Shown here piece after piece: positions 1-14,200 of a stretch of 64,000 nucleotides of DNA. The position numbers were made by a program, and so were the translations under genes. The notes beneath the pieces were generated by a model that had not been told where the DNA came from, searched no databases, and saw only the letters and a program-made list of their open reading frames with translations. The stretch spans positions 1,635,983 through 1,699,982 of the forward strand of contig NW_002060948.1 of the NCBI RefSeq assembly GCF_000150275.1, given 5' to 3'. Source of the DNA: Trichoplax adhaerens (lineage: Eukaryota; Animalia; Placozoa). The stretch's first letter is position 1, and every line of letters begins with the position of its first letter.

Positions 1-523
1 GTTATAAAATGCACTTTATTTCTCTTCGATAAGCTACGTCAGTTATAACCAAAAATTTATACCGTAATATTTTATTCATTACTTACTAGTTGTAAATAAT
101 GACTTTGTAAGTACAGTGTAATAAAGTTGATACAGCACTTTAGAACTGTACTATTGCATTTTATACAGTATGTTGTGCTGATGGCTACATTATATATTAG
201 GCAAAAGCTCTTACGATATTGTAAATCAGTCACTACCTGCAGAGTATAGTAGCTGCAAATTAATTCTATTAGTGCAAATATTATATAATAGATTAGAGCA
301 GACATTAGTACACTTTAAGTATGAATAGCAAATGACAAGCTAAAGCATACAATTCTATGGTATTATAATGGCTCTATCTCACGGTATCATTATTTGAAAG
401 CTATAGCATTTATAATACTGTCAATTTTTGGTGATTATAATGGTCCATCATTGCTGCTAATATCGTAAATCATTCTTTAAGTTCTTATTTTAAAGTGTGT
501 ACTTATTGCTCCTGTTATTATAG

Positions 524-3500
524 CCGCAAAGTGTTGTACCCGTTGAAGTAGTATGGCTAACTAAGGGAGAAGGTGTCACGGAAGAGTCCACAAAACTGTC
601 GGAGCTACTGAAAGCTAACTTAAAGTGTAAGTAGGGTCTATAACTCCTGTATGATGTCACAGAATACAGCAATCATAAAAATGAAGAATTATTAATTTCT
701 ACTAATTATATTGTTATGCTAAATCCACTTATTAACCATTCCATCCGTTTTATACAGCGGCCAGTTCTGATAATATGACTATCATAGATTATATTATTAC
801 AACGAGAGTGGGTAACGAAATGGAAATGGAAATAGTTAAAGAGAATTTAATCGCACTAAATGGTCAGTATAGCCAGTATAGTATCTACTGTATGTATGCT
901 AATAGTATTAGTACTCGACCTAGTCAGTTTTTAGTGTAGTATTTGATAGTTCCAATGTAAAATTGCTGTATTTTTTATCAGTAGAATAGTAATAACCACC
1001 CAAATCTCTATTATTGGATATGCTCTTCATATTAACATGTCGATTATGTAAACTTAATGGAGCGCCTTTGTGATTCAATTTCTTATCAACCCAGAAAAGA
1101 ATGAATTTATTTACACGATAACTTATGTATGATATCTATATCTAAATGAAAGACATTATATACCTGTACATGCCAGGAAAAATTGTAGAATTATTATGGA
1201 TACGTAAACCAAATTGTAAAATGATGACTATATGATATACCATATTGTTCTGATATAACTATTAGGTTGTGATGTGTTTATATCTATCTCGATTCATTTC
1301 TAGAAAATCTCTTTTACTTACTTTAAATTCAGTAATAGGGTATGATCATAATCAGTCACTGAATTGTTTTTTTCAATATTGTAGAATTGGATCGTAAACT
1401 TGGCGCATTAAATCCGGAATCTCAAGGATTTCGTTTCTATTTGTTGCGACCCAGTCAAATAAAGTCTCCCATAAATCGCATCTACGTAGGAAGTTACTAT
1501 TCTACATTCATTGTACTCAACGATGGTAAGTGCCCGTCAGTGTTGGGAATTTTTATTGCATTTTGTTGGATTGGATTGTTTTTATAAGCTAATTTAAATT
1601 ATTTTATTAGGTGAAAGATATGAGAGCTTTGCAACAAAGATTCAGCTTGTGGTCAAGGATATTTATGTTAATGAGAAAGTATTAAGGAATACAGTTACAT
1701 CTATTCTTGGGTTTCGTGAGAAAAAAGTTAGCTTCATTTATTGACCTGTAATACTTCCTTATTTATCAAGAACCGTAGTAGTTTATTTCTAATCGCTGAA
1801 CTTTTAAAAATAGGCCGATGTAGAAAGTATGCGAGCGATCAGATCAACGGACTGTAAGACTTCGCACTTCTATACATCTATAGGATGGCCTAGATATAGT
1901 TTATTAAATTATGCATATCTTTTTCTTACAGCTTATCAGCTATCATTTACTCTTATCAATCCTGAACCACATAATTTAATAGCAAAATGGAAGATAGCGG
2001 ATGCTATTAGAAGTATAAATTTTCCCAATTGAAATTATGAACATAACTTGACGATTATTATTTTAAACACCTACTTCATATTTTCACAGTTTATTTAGAT
2101 CCTTTTCTGAAAGCTTTAAAGGATTTTAGTAGTTTTACTATTGATTCGCAGGTACACTGTGCTATGTCATGTATTGAATATATTCGAATAAGTTATACTA
2201 TAAAATATTGACCATGTAGATCCTTTCACGTTTATAGCCAGTAATGGTATACTTTATCTCGTTCGTAATAGGTGTTATATTACAGTGGGTTATCTATAAG
2301 GCCTTCACAGGATTCTGCAACCGGATCGTACTATCTGACTCCAAGATTATTGCCAAGAGTTATCAACTCGATCGAATCAAGATTAGGTTAATTTCTTTGC
2401 TGCCGCATAAATGATATCATTGCTGAATATCAAGACATCTATTTTTTAATTGATTCTTTAGGTTCTCATGCCACTAATAATCCTGCCGCTAATTTTATAT
2501 TATACGTACCGGAGACAAAATTTAAAAATTTGCATATACGAACGTCAAAAAGTAATAAAGTGTTTACTCGAATACTGTAATACAGTGTTTTAACATCAGG
2601 GTAATTACTTTGCATGGCTTTTATAATACTATTTATAGATGATAGCCGTATGACCTACTCCTTCATTAGTCCGAGATGGGGAGGTTTCATAATTGATAGT
2701 AAAGCGCACAACGCTTTAAATACTTCGAAAGTTTATGAAGTTGATTTGAAAGAAGCTATGGACATTTTCGTCGCGCACTTAAAGCTACTACTTGGAATTC
2801 CAAAGATTGTAAGCAATCTACGTTCTACCGATTAGATATTTTTTAGGGGATAGTAAAGATGGGCAATTAAAATAAGTTTTAATTATTGCAAACATTTTTA
2901 TAGTCGATGTCTGGCGATAAACGATTAGAATTTGGTAAATCAGACGTTGGCTTATCAAAATGGGTAATTCTTCGAAATTTTATTCACTTTAATTCATTGG
3001 TGCAAATAATTTTATAAAATAATGCTTGCAGGAATACAGTTGCCTTCTGAGGCGTAGAACTCTCGAAAATGTAGCATCAGCAAATCAGACTCTCACTTCA
3101 TTAGCAAAACTTTTAGAAGAAATTACTAATATTGTAATAAGTGATAGGATAAAAGAGTTGGTATGGTTTCTTAAAGAATATATAAAATCTGCCTGTTTAT
3201 ACTCGTAGTCTGTTGTAATTGTTCTGATGAAATTCTTATTTTTATAGATTAATCTTTCAATTGAAGAATTACACAAGGTTTTCGATTGTTTGTCACCTAC
3301 CAATCTATTAGAGTAAACTATACGTTCTCTTCTACGATTCGTTACTGAATTTATTTTGTTTATAGAGTTTAGACTTTATGAAAAGTGGAGATAATGCTAG
3401 AGCATTCGCTCATTCAAAAACTGCTGTTACAAATTCAGGTTAATACCATTGTAGTGATGATTTGTTTTTTATCGGTGCATTTGGTAATATTTTGTGTTTT

Positions 3501-3782
3501 TTCTTCCTATTATAATAGAAAAAGCATTTTTTGATGCATCATTGCTTGAACTATTATATTTCCCTAGTGATCAGAAGTAAGTTAAGTAAATTGATAACCA
3601 GAATATTGCTAATTTATTACGGCTGTCTCGATGATTGTAACATAAATCTCGTTGTTGTCCGGTATAGGTTTGCCGTTTACGTGCCACTTTTTTTACCAAT
3701 CAGCTTACCTATCTTACAATCATTGTATCATGCAATTAGATTTTTATATAGACAGCGTAAAGATAAACAGAAAAAAGAATGA
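524..3782 (+). CDS. PIGS: GPI transamidase component PIG-S, multi-exon, 5'-partial (first exon(s) lie upstream of the window)
   Basis: Phase-compatible GT-AG exons at 524-626 (PQSVVPVEVVWLT..), 758-862 and ~1385-1525, then exons encoding [94 protein letters not shown]. These are characteristic PIG-S motifs. Stop TGA ends at 3782. Confidence 0.93.
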
Positions 3783-3997
3783 TGTACTGAAATTGCTAGA
3801 GAAATTTTGTGCTATACGAGGATGTTGCCATTTTATTTCAGTTGCAATTGTTATCAAAAACACTTTCGATCATTTATAAACTACAAAACCGATTTAAGAT
3901 AACATCTCTATTTTGTATGCAAATTATAAGTTGAGTTAATGACTTTAATTAAGCAAGTAATAAATTATTTTTGCCATGTTAACCTTATAATAGCTAG

Positions 3998-4939
3998 TTA
4001 ACGATTGATGATTTGGCTATTTTCTGGCAAGTAACAGTTTGCAGTTTGAATACACTCTGATGATAATCCACAGTTGATAACTGTTAAATTGGTTAGCGGG
4101 ATTGCTCGACATAGATTGAGTATAGTAGTTTCGGTAACAGTCTTGATATGGGAAATATCGACACAACGAATAGTTTTCATTCCAATAATAAGATTAAGTC
4201 CTCGATCCGATATGCGATTACAATTGCTAACATCTAATGTTCGCAATTTTTTCAGATAACGATTAATAGATGCCAACGCTATTTCGCTAACTCTAGGGCA
4301 TCCACCAATTTTGAATTCTGACAAATCTTTTAAATTTTCACATAAAATCTGAATGCCACTATTGGTTATGCGGTAACAGTGTGACAGATTTAATTGGCGT
4401 AGAGATTTTATCCTAGCGATGTTACATAATTCTTTATTATCTATGCGCGAACAATTAGATAAATTTAATTCTTCTAGCAAGGGTAGGAAGTTTTCTTTAG
4501 ATAGTTGTGAAAACCAGTTAGCTGGTAATGCACTATGAGCTAAATCGAGTGATACTAGAGTTCGAGGTAATTGAATTGCACGTAAACTTTTGAGGTCGCA
4601 ATGTAACAAATCCAGTTGTTGTAATCCAGGCGAAACAGAGTTTAAGTGATGGAAGATAGCATCAGATACAACTTCTTTTTCGGACTTGAGCGACGGTTTT
4701 ATATGTAGAACCTTCAAGTTTTCATCGAATCGAGCTCGAATTAACTTCCATAATTTACGTTTACTTAGTTTACAATCATCTAAATAGACCGAAGTCCAAA
4801 GAAATCGATCGTACGATATACGCTTCCATTGCTTGTTCACTTTGGCTGCTCGAGCCAAACTATGGATATCTAAAAGTGTAAATATGTACAAGATAATACT
4901 TTCAGGTAAAGAAGAGAAGTGTAATCGATTAAGATCCAT
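3998..4939 (-). CDS. FBXL12: F-box/LRR-repeat protein, FBXL12-like, single coding exon
   Basis: 313-aa ORF with an N-terminal F-box (LPESIILYIFTLL..WKRISYDRFLW) followed by LRRs. Segments such as DRFLW, LPRTLVSLDL, LPLLE and YRIT line up with my recollection of FBXL12; the orthology call is from memory. Confidence 0.8.
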   Translation of the reverse strand: MDLNRLHFSSLPESIILYIFTLLDIHSLARAAKVNKQWKRISYDRFLWTSVYLDDCKLSKRKLWKLIRARFDENLKVLHIKPSLKSEKEVVSDAIFHHLNSVSPGLQQLDLLHCDLKSLRAIQLPRTLVSLDLAHSALPANWFSQLSKENFLPLLEELNLSNCSRIDNKELCNIARIKSLRQLNLSHCYRITNSGIQILCENLKDLSEFKIGGCPRVSEIALASINRYLKKLRTLDVSNCNRISDRGLNLIIGMKTIRCVDISHIKTVTETTILNLCRAIPLTNLTVINCGLSSECIQTANCYLPENSQIINR

Positions 4940-7239
4940 ATATGCGTAAAGTTTAGGTTGAAAGATAAGGGGTAGCTCTACGAGTATTTCACCCCTTTGC
5001 AGGGCTGCAGATTTTGTAGTGATGACTGGATAATTCCTCCACCTGCAATAATTTGATGGCTAACCAAGTTTGTAGAATCTGGAATGAAGTAATCAACTAT
5101 ACTAGAGCATCTAATGTGATAATATTATAAAAAAAACATGCAAAAGATTCCATATTTTGGGTTTTTCTCGGCATAAACAAATCTCCAAGTCTGCATTTGA
5201 TTGCTATATATGTACACTACAGTATAATTGCCCGACGTGGTATGGTCTCGATGACAACAAGAAGCCTCCGGCTGCCCGAGCAAGTCAAGGCAGGTCACAA
5301 TCACTGGGGATAAGGACGCAAAGCTCAGCGTTGTCTATAGAAGGGAGTAGAGTGATTATTTATTGGTCATTTTAACTGCAGCGTAGCTCTACAATCGTAC
5401 GCTATACTATAAGCGATTGTCATTCAAGTCTTCTTATATTAAAGCGCACGGTAGTTTCAGTAGTACACCCAGTACAGTATTCTAAAACGACAAGAAAAAT
5501 GCACAGTGTTGGCATAGTGAACTGTTTACTCTTTTGTACATACGCAATCCAGCAGCTCCTTTGCATAGCAATCGTAGCCAGTATAGTCTATATTCTCAGA
5601 TATACGTTCCAGTTGAAATGACGAGCAAAAATACAGTCGTCTGCTTGCATATTTTGAGTATACCGAAGGACGACTGTTTCCTGTCAACGTGGAGTACATT
5701 TAAAGGTATGCGCACCTTTCTTTGCACTCAACGGCCACTTTCCATCACTCGTTCAGCAGTGCAGTGCTGTACAGTATTTAGGTAAACCATATGAGTTATG
5801 CGTTAGGTCATGGACTCCTAGACAAGTACTACTGTAGTTGTTTTCTTTTCTGGAAGTCCATGGTTAGGTCCTGGGCTACTCGATTATCTAGCTCCCCTCT
5901 TGCCTCGAGTGCATTTCCCCCATGATGTCAACATGACAAAATTATACGTCCCTGATTGCATGCTAGAATAAAGAAGAAGGAAGTTGCAAATAGTCCATGG
6001 CATAGTCTACTGGAAGAAGACCTTCTCGTAGTCCATGTCCGTGGTCATAAACTACTGTATACAAATGTCCATAACGAGTTAATCACCTCCATTGGCTCCA
6101 TAACAGATTAACCGATTGAAGAAGTAGTATCAATGATGTAGTACAGTACTTTGCTTCCTGTACTGTAGGTAGTGCACAGTACTGTACACTGTACACTGTG
6201 GAGTGTTGCCTCATCACGTGTGTATCGGGACCGATGCTTCATACAATCCTATTGTTGATTGGGACCGTTTGGAGGAACTGGTGCGTCTTATTGGTCTCTA
6301 GTGTGCTACTCATTCACCTCCTTGCTGCTTGATTGATTGATGATTGTCTGTAATCGACATCATGGTATCCTTAATTACTGTCAATAACATTGATAAATAA
6401 TGTATTAGCAAATCATATTATCATTTCAATTATACAGTACATGCACAAGGAGTACAAGTAGGACAATCATGAGTTTTACGCGTAGCCAATGTTGACGCTA
6501 GCATGGAGCTCGTAGACTTTATTCCTAATGAGCAGAGCCTTTTAATTAGCAAGACGAAATTAAGTTGAAGTGGAAATTTGAAAGATCGAAGCAGGTAATT
6601 TTTACATGCAATGGTGTTAGATTAGACAATAATATAGAGGGCCAGCGATATTACTTTGGATGTAGGAAAGAGATATACTGTACTGTAGGTTACTTTTTAT
6701 TTATTAGCATCAATACAGTAAGTGTTTCACTACAGTACATCTCATGATAATTTTACTTAAAGTCCTTGATCCAAAATTAAAATAACATCACCAGAGTGCT
6801 TGATCTCATTTACTTTAGCCCTTATTCAGCTAATAAAGCGCTGTTGATCGATTGAACGCGTACTATATACTCGATCCAACACTCTATATGTGCTTGGCAA
6901 AATGTTATAGCAGAGGAGGAGGAATGGCTCGAGTAGAGCATGCAGAATTTAAAAAAATTTTTAATTTTGATTATGTCAATCGGTGAACAATGAGGAACAT
7001 CTATATATCTATATATAAACAAATTGTTCAGAATAGTATTGCATTGTAGATATCCTGATTAATTGGAGCATCGTACAATGTTATCTATTTTAAATGAAAT
7101 AATTTAACAAATTGAAATGAAAACAGTGAGATGACTACTGCAAATTAAGTCACTGTAGGTCGGTTTACAATTTATATTAATTAATAAATAAATAAAATAT
7201 CTTATCGTCTTATATCTTATAGCACACAGTATAGACGCT

Positions 7240-8969
7240 ATGGATGGCAATATTTCTTACGGATTGTACACCTTCATCGTAAAGATCGCGTCGACATCGG
7301 TGTTTCAAGTTTCATTGCTTATAGTTGTTGTAATGATGTTAGCTTATCATTCCACAAATTTGAATGATTGGTGTACAGTTGTAGCTCAAAAGAATGTATT
7401 ATTGGTAATAGCACATCCAGATGATGAATGCATGTTTTTCTCACCATGCGCTCAGGCTATGGCAAAGTATGCTGAAAATGTATACCTGCTTTGTATATCT
7501 GACGGTAGGATACTTTCCTTGCTAATTATGCTGCTATTGAACTAAACCAACAATGTTGAAAAGTCTTATTGAAATGATGTTGGCATTAGGAGATTATCAT
7601 GGAATGGGAAAGATCCGCCCAAAGGAACTTATTAAAAGTTGCAAATTTTTAGGAATAGACCGTATTGAAATCATTTTTAATAAGTAGGGATCGAAAGATT
7701 TATTATTTTAGTACAGAAATTTATCTCAAATAAGGTTAAGAGTAATGCTCTGGCCCGTCGTAGGATTGATCATTATTAATGCAGCTATTCTTGATTATGT
7801 TGCAGATTTCTACAAGATGATCCAAACGCAAACTGGGATAAAAAATTGTTGAAAAAAATTTTTCGTGATAGAATTTGTCAGCATCGAATAAATGTGGTTA
7901 GTCTAGAATAAGACACTAGTGCATTAATCATAGCGAGAATAGGATAGATGTTAAAAAATTATTATACGTAGTTGTGTCATAGTATATTACTTTATTTGTA
8001 TAAATAGCAGGATGATGCTAAGCTTCTATTTTCATCAATTCTTTTATGAATGCATAGTAGTAATATAAACTAGATGTAAAATATTCTATGGCGATTATTT
8101 GACTTGCAATAGTACACTCACTAATCCTTCACAAGTACACTAGCATAAAGTTAAGACTAGACTTTTTTAACACTTACTGAGTTTGTGTATTGTTTGTAGA
8201 TTGTTACCTTTGATGAATATGGCGTTTCTGGTCATGCGAATCATATTTCACTTTATCATGCTCTAAAGTAGGTGCTACTGTAATCTACTAGTCTTATAAT
8301 TTAGATGGTCTTAGCGGCATACAAGATCTTAACATTCAATCGTACTAACCATATAGATATATGCATTTATTATCTGCTTTTTTAAGTGAACTAATCCACG
8401 AAGAGAGTGATGACTGTATAGCACAGATAGAGGCTTTTGCTCTAAAAAGCGTCAATGTTATTCGCAAATATATTGGTATTATGGACATTATTTGGACGAT
8501 ATTACTAAAGTTAGTTTTCTTTCACGATAAATATTTACTAGCTACCAGCTTATACAATTATTTTGTTATTGATCTATTTTACTCCAGTTTCCTGGTATAC
8601 TAATAGAAACTGATTTTGTACTATTGCCAACTTTTATATTCTTTTATATTCAATATTACAGAGGAAATAGTTATGTGTGCATAAATTCTTTCGGAGGTTG
8701 CATCGCCTCACAAGTAAGTTAGGGCTGATAACATTGCTCGAAATTTTCATGTTAGCATTTAAATGTATTGTACATCTTTATTAGTTTCATGACAACAAAA
8801 CAAAATGCGGCAAATTTGATTTATTTTATCTTTAAGACTATATTTTATATCGTTTTGAATTCAATAGTTAGCGATGCGAGCACATGCTAGTCAATTTGTT
8901 TGGTTCCGACGATTGTACGTTATCTTCTCAAGGTATATGTTGATTAACACATTGGAGAGAATTGGATAA
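7240..8969 (+). CDS. PIGL: N-acetylglucosaminyl-phosphatidylinositol de-N-acetylase (PIG-L), about 7 exons
   Basis: N-terminal hydrophobic anchor, catalytic AHPDDE motif ([17 protein letters not shown]), [34 protein letters not shown] and terminal [28 protein letters not shown]. Stop TAA at 8967-8969. Confidence 0.94.
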
Positions 8970-9839
8970 AACTTAGATTTCTGTATGGCTCATCCACTCT
9001 AGCAACAGTTGGACGTTGTCTGTTCATGTGAAATAGCGTAGTCAATCCATTTATAGTCATTGTCCAACACTGGTTATACAGTATATCAGTTAATTGTATA
9101 AATAGAGTACAAGATTAAGAAAAATTATCTTCTCCGACATATAAATCTGAATAATAACTCTATCTGTATAGTTATTATCTAAGATATGATCATGGATCTA
9201 TTGCATTTAAATGAAACTCTCATTTAATATACTTCTTAATAAATAAATAAGATGTTGATTTTGTAAGATGAATTGTCTATTGTATGTGGATGTATGGTCT
9301 TATTGCATTCCTCATACAGAGAGCAATTTTAAGCTTTCACTGACTTGAACAAAGTAATCCAGCCAATGTAATGAATGATATTACGAGTTATAGTCAAGTG
9401 AATTATAGGAATGTGAATGGTTGATAAGTAAAAGTTATAGTCTGGGTGAACGTACATGATTGATAATTAAAATAAATAAAATAACAGGATAATAGTATGA
9501 GATAAAATCATGTAAAATACATGAATGTTGTAAAAGACTGACAGTTACATAATTTGATGGTCTAGTTAAAAGTAAATAAGTTACATCAATGTGGAGATTA
9601 ACCATTAAATAATGGATAGATAATCAATATGGGTTACAATCAAGTGCAATACATTAGTTTGAATGAATGATAATTATATCAAGTTAAGTTAACGTTTATA
9701 TTACGCAATATGCAACGCAATAATTTCAAAATAGTGACATTAGGTAAGATAAAGAAGTAATACTTTTAGATAAGATGATTTAAGTCTATGCGAATCGTAC
9801 CGTAGAATTAGATTAAGAATAAGCAAAGTAATGGTTGAC

Positions 9840-11203
9840 TCAAGGTTGTAAAGTTTTATAGCTAACAAAGTCGCATTTCCGTAGTAGCAATGTACGTAGA
9901 GTCCTATCCTTCATCATTTCCATCTCGTGCTCTCTTGCAGGAGACTTCGAAAAGCTGTCTGGTGGTTGCCCGCAGCCACCATCACCTTTACATGGATATC
10001 CAGGATGAACCATTAATTCGCATGTAACAGAGTCATTGTTCACTGAATGATTTGCTTTTTCGTTTATAATTTGATCGATCCAATCTATTATTCTCTGCTT
10101 CGTTAAATTTATCCCCATCAGGCTTAAACCTCCAAAGTAATTAGTATATCTATAATACAAAAGTTAGAAAAATATCAAAGGTAAATGATATGTAAATTAC
10201 GCCATTCTACACGTCATTAAGATCTCTTGAAGAAATTCATTGCATCACTTCTAAACTCGTTTTACTATTAGGTTCCATAATTTGAATTGGTAGACATACT
10301 TTACTCCGTAGTTCTCGAACACACTTTTAGAACTGATGGCTTCATGAACGACAGAGGTATAGAATGTAATTTGAGCTTCTGTTAGCCAGTTACATGACTC
10401 AAGATTTTTTTCGACGGGCATACGAGTCCACCTAATATCGAATTTGCTAATAACTGAGGCGAATACATTATTTATACCAGGTAAAACATGGCAGTGCTGA
10501 TGTCCGTCGACATGGGTTGGTAGTTGTTTGGCATGATTGATAAACCATACAACCTGAGCCTCAATTTCATGCTCAACCTATGGCAAGCACAAGAAAAAAT
10601 TAAAACCACCACCTAAATAACTTTTACGTATTTATTAGTTTAAGATACAGGCCAGCTTGAGATACGACGTACAGTATACTATTTCATATTGTAGATACAG
10701 TATGGTATCAAGGTATCAATCAATGTATCAGTTTCATACACTGTACGAGTATGTTGTTATAATTCAGTGACTATAATTGAATCGTTTTAATATCACCGAC
10801 ATACCTCAGCTAAGGAAATATCGCCGCTTGTTAAACGTTCTCTAAATCCAAACTTGCCCCAGAATAAGTTATCATGATCCGTTAACGTTTTGTAATTATA
10901 ATCATTGACTGGTTTTCCTTCAGTTAAATTAGCATGCAATCCTATGGGGATTGCATGTTTCCGACATGCTTTGATTGCATATTGAGCAGATTGACCATTC
11001 ACTAATAGTGATGTGCTCGTTATCATTCCCTGCAAGAAACTTTCGATTATTCCACAATCTCTAGGTATGCAGTATCCAAGATCATCCCCATTGACAATAA
11101 GCTTGACAGGTTTGTTTGTCATGTGGCTGCTATGACCATGATCGTTCTGTAAGTTATTGTGTGTACCTGTAGCAGGGCCATAGTCACTGCGATGATCAGC
11201 CAT
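9840..11203 (-). CDS. YDJC: YdjC/ChbG-family carbohydrate deacetylase, 3 exons (11203-10805, 10577-10300, 10149-9840)
   Basis: Motifs LIVNGDDLG, GLHANLTEG, PTHVDGHQH and ELMVHPGY..GGCG..PDSFS; splice phases are compatible. The start could be ATG 11203 or ATG 11122. Confidence 0.92.
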
Positions 11204-14200
11204 TCGAGATGTCGTTGCCTTCACTAATGCTTTAGCAATGCCACAATCCCTCACACAGCGTGGTATTTTTACTCCATTACACGTACATTAACCGCGTATC
11301 ATGAATCGATGATGACTCGTATAATAATTCTTCTCGAGAAACTATTGGCAGTTTGCCATACAGATAACAATTCACCATGTGTACAGTGTAAAGTATATTA
11401 ATAATCGAATAGCAAGTGGGATAAAAGAGAATTAATTTAGAGAAGAGAAGAAATGTGTTTCCAATGGCGAACACAAGCAAGCATCCGTCATCCTGGGTAG
11501 TCGAGCAGTCTCCACCGGCAACAGATGTGACCGACAGACAGCCTGCATTTTCCCAAATCCATGTCATAGCCTCATAGTCAGACCTACCACAATGGAATGA
11601 ATGGTCTGTGTCCGGGCTTCCGGTATGTTGTTATTAGCCATATCGAACCGTACCGTGCCCGATCGTCGATGAAAGTGTGACACGTCTACAGGCGCAGGTA
11701 AGATCTGTAATGACAGTTAAGAGCTGCCGCCGGTCGGCCATGCTTAAGCCATCCCGCTCATGTACAGTAAAGTAATTTATTAGTGGAATGAAATAAAGTA
11801 AAATAAAAGTAAATGACTTTGATCAGCTATACAGAGAGTATATCCGTATTTTCCGTGTGTAAACTCTTTCATTGATGCAGTCATAATTGTTTTTCTGCGT
11901 AGTGAAAAATGGAATTTTTCTTGTATTGACACTTCTATAAAAGGTATTTCCTATGGCTGCCCTCATCAAAAGCGTTCATCAACGGTCGAGCGATGAATGG
12001 GGCCAGTTATGGAAGAGGTATATCCCTGGATAGGCCATGATCGCATCTCCTTGTGCGGGATAGTGCTTTTATTTTTGATGTGTTTTTACAATGGAAAAGA
12101 AGTCCTTAGTTGATAAGACAGTATCTTTTACTGCCCGGCAAAATAACAACTAACAATAACAAAATAAATGGAGTTTTTAGAGTCCTTTAAATGGAGTGAA
12201 AACGCAAGCCAAACCCAATCAAATGGCTGATTTCCAAACCCGAAATAAGTGCAATCGCTATACAAACATTGTATTACTACAGAAATTCTAAACCCGAATC
12301 CCGCCCTCGAGTCGGCTTTCGGATTAGCTTTGAAGGACATTGGACTGAGTGTTGCACTGTGTGTGCCAAGTGTACTCCAGATTGTCCAGTCTAGGCATTG
12401 GAAAGGTTGAATCGTTGAAATGTTGAGAGCGAAATATTGAATTATGATATTGGTTAAGCTAAACGAACACGGAGTATTACTGTATTATGAAGTATGCAGT
12501 AGGTCGGGAGAATCCATATGGTAGCAATAAACGTTGCATCATTACATCATTAAGCAGGAAATTTAAATTCTAATTGTTGATTTAATATACGCGTATATGC
12601 ATCAATCTTGAAAACCTAGTAATAACGTCAACGAATGAATAGAGTGGCTTAAGATTGCTAACATTATTTTAAAGTACCCTGCTTAGGGAAGTATCTGATA
12701 GTGACTTTATCTGTAAATGAATGATTCATATGTCCATATTTGCTTATTGTAATATGGACAGTGTTTGGACACTAATATGGGACGTGACTTGATGCACATA
12801 CTTGTAGGTATCACCTTGCTAAACTGGATAGTGGACAAGTGCATCGATCTCGAGTGGTATCAAAGTTAACGCTAGTATCATCTCGAAGGAAATGAAATCA
12901 ACTAGAGGGAGCTTGTCGCCTGCGAAAGGCCACAAATACTATAGATTGATATGTTATATGCGCTCTATGCGAGCAGGTATCTCAGCAATAGATTACCAAT
13001 AGTAGTATGTTTTTTTTGTCTCTCTCTTATGATTGGTAAATGATCTAGTAGGGCTTTCGGTAACTTCGACGATGCAGTAGATTATTCTGTTGTATGAGTC
13101 ACTAGCCAAAGCAGTATTTTGCATAATGACAACACAAAGTTTATTTGTTGAAGGTTGGATTGAAATGAAAGCCAGACACTTGTCACTAAAACATATTGCA
13201 AGTTTAAAATACACATGTGAAAAGTTACATTGTCCCTAATGGATGGCAATTTAAACAATTAGTGATTATTGAATTATCTTTAAGCTGCGATGCACCATAT
13301 TATGTAAACTAAGGGGGAAAAAATGGATTAAAATTGATTATTGCGAAATTGATACCAAACGTACGCGGTGTTACGTAATCGGAGAGGAATTTCTGAAATA
13401 CCTCATATGGTGCTCTGTATTATGATTGCTTAACTCATGATATGGTAAGCTCCAGGTAAGCACTATGGCAGAGTTAGCATTTAAAAATTAAATTCTTGTT
13501 GGTTGCACAAGAGCGATATTATTGCTAGATCGTACACTATACGGTAGACAGTCTAATTTGCTAATACCGCCATGACACTATATGAACCATTATTTATATC
13601 ATTGTATCATGATATGTATCATGATATATATTGGTGTACTTTTGTCAACATTTGTATGTATACTATATGCATGAATTGATGATCGCCGTGCACTATTAGC
13701 CAATATTAACAGTTGATATTGTTGAATAATCTCTGCTTTTGATGATATTTACAAACTGTATAAGTCTTGAGTCATTCATGTAAAGCCGTATGTTGTTATT
13801 TTATCCTATTTTTATGCTAACGTTGCATTGATAGGCTTGTGTAGTGGTTTGGCATTTTAGCTCGTTCTTATAGTAATGCTGTAATTGTTTGATTAAAATT
13901 CTTTAATCGGATTTAAATTTAAATTTATGATAATACAACTTCTAGGAATTTTCGATTGTGACGTAAGTTATTAAAATCAAATAAGGCTATGCCAATTTCA
14001 TATACTCGTATATTACTATGAGTAGAGAGCAAGTGCATAGAGATAGATTGGCAAATTTTGGAATAAGAGCATAATAGAGGAATAGCAAACAAACTCTAAT
14101 AATATAGACCAAAGACTATTATGTAGTTTTGTAAAGCAATGGCGAAACGTTGGGTATCGTTAAATGTAAAGTTAGAATTGATTTTTTGGCAGGGATATTA

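Noticed and set aside
12288-12328. GC-rich hairpin (CCGAA..TTCGG) as a miRNA or structured RNA
   Set aside because: The stem is short and interrupted, with no other support.
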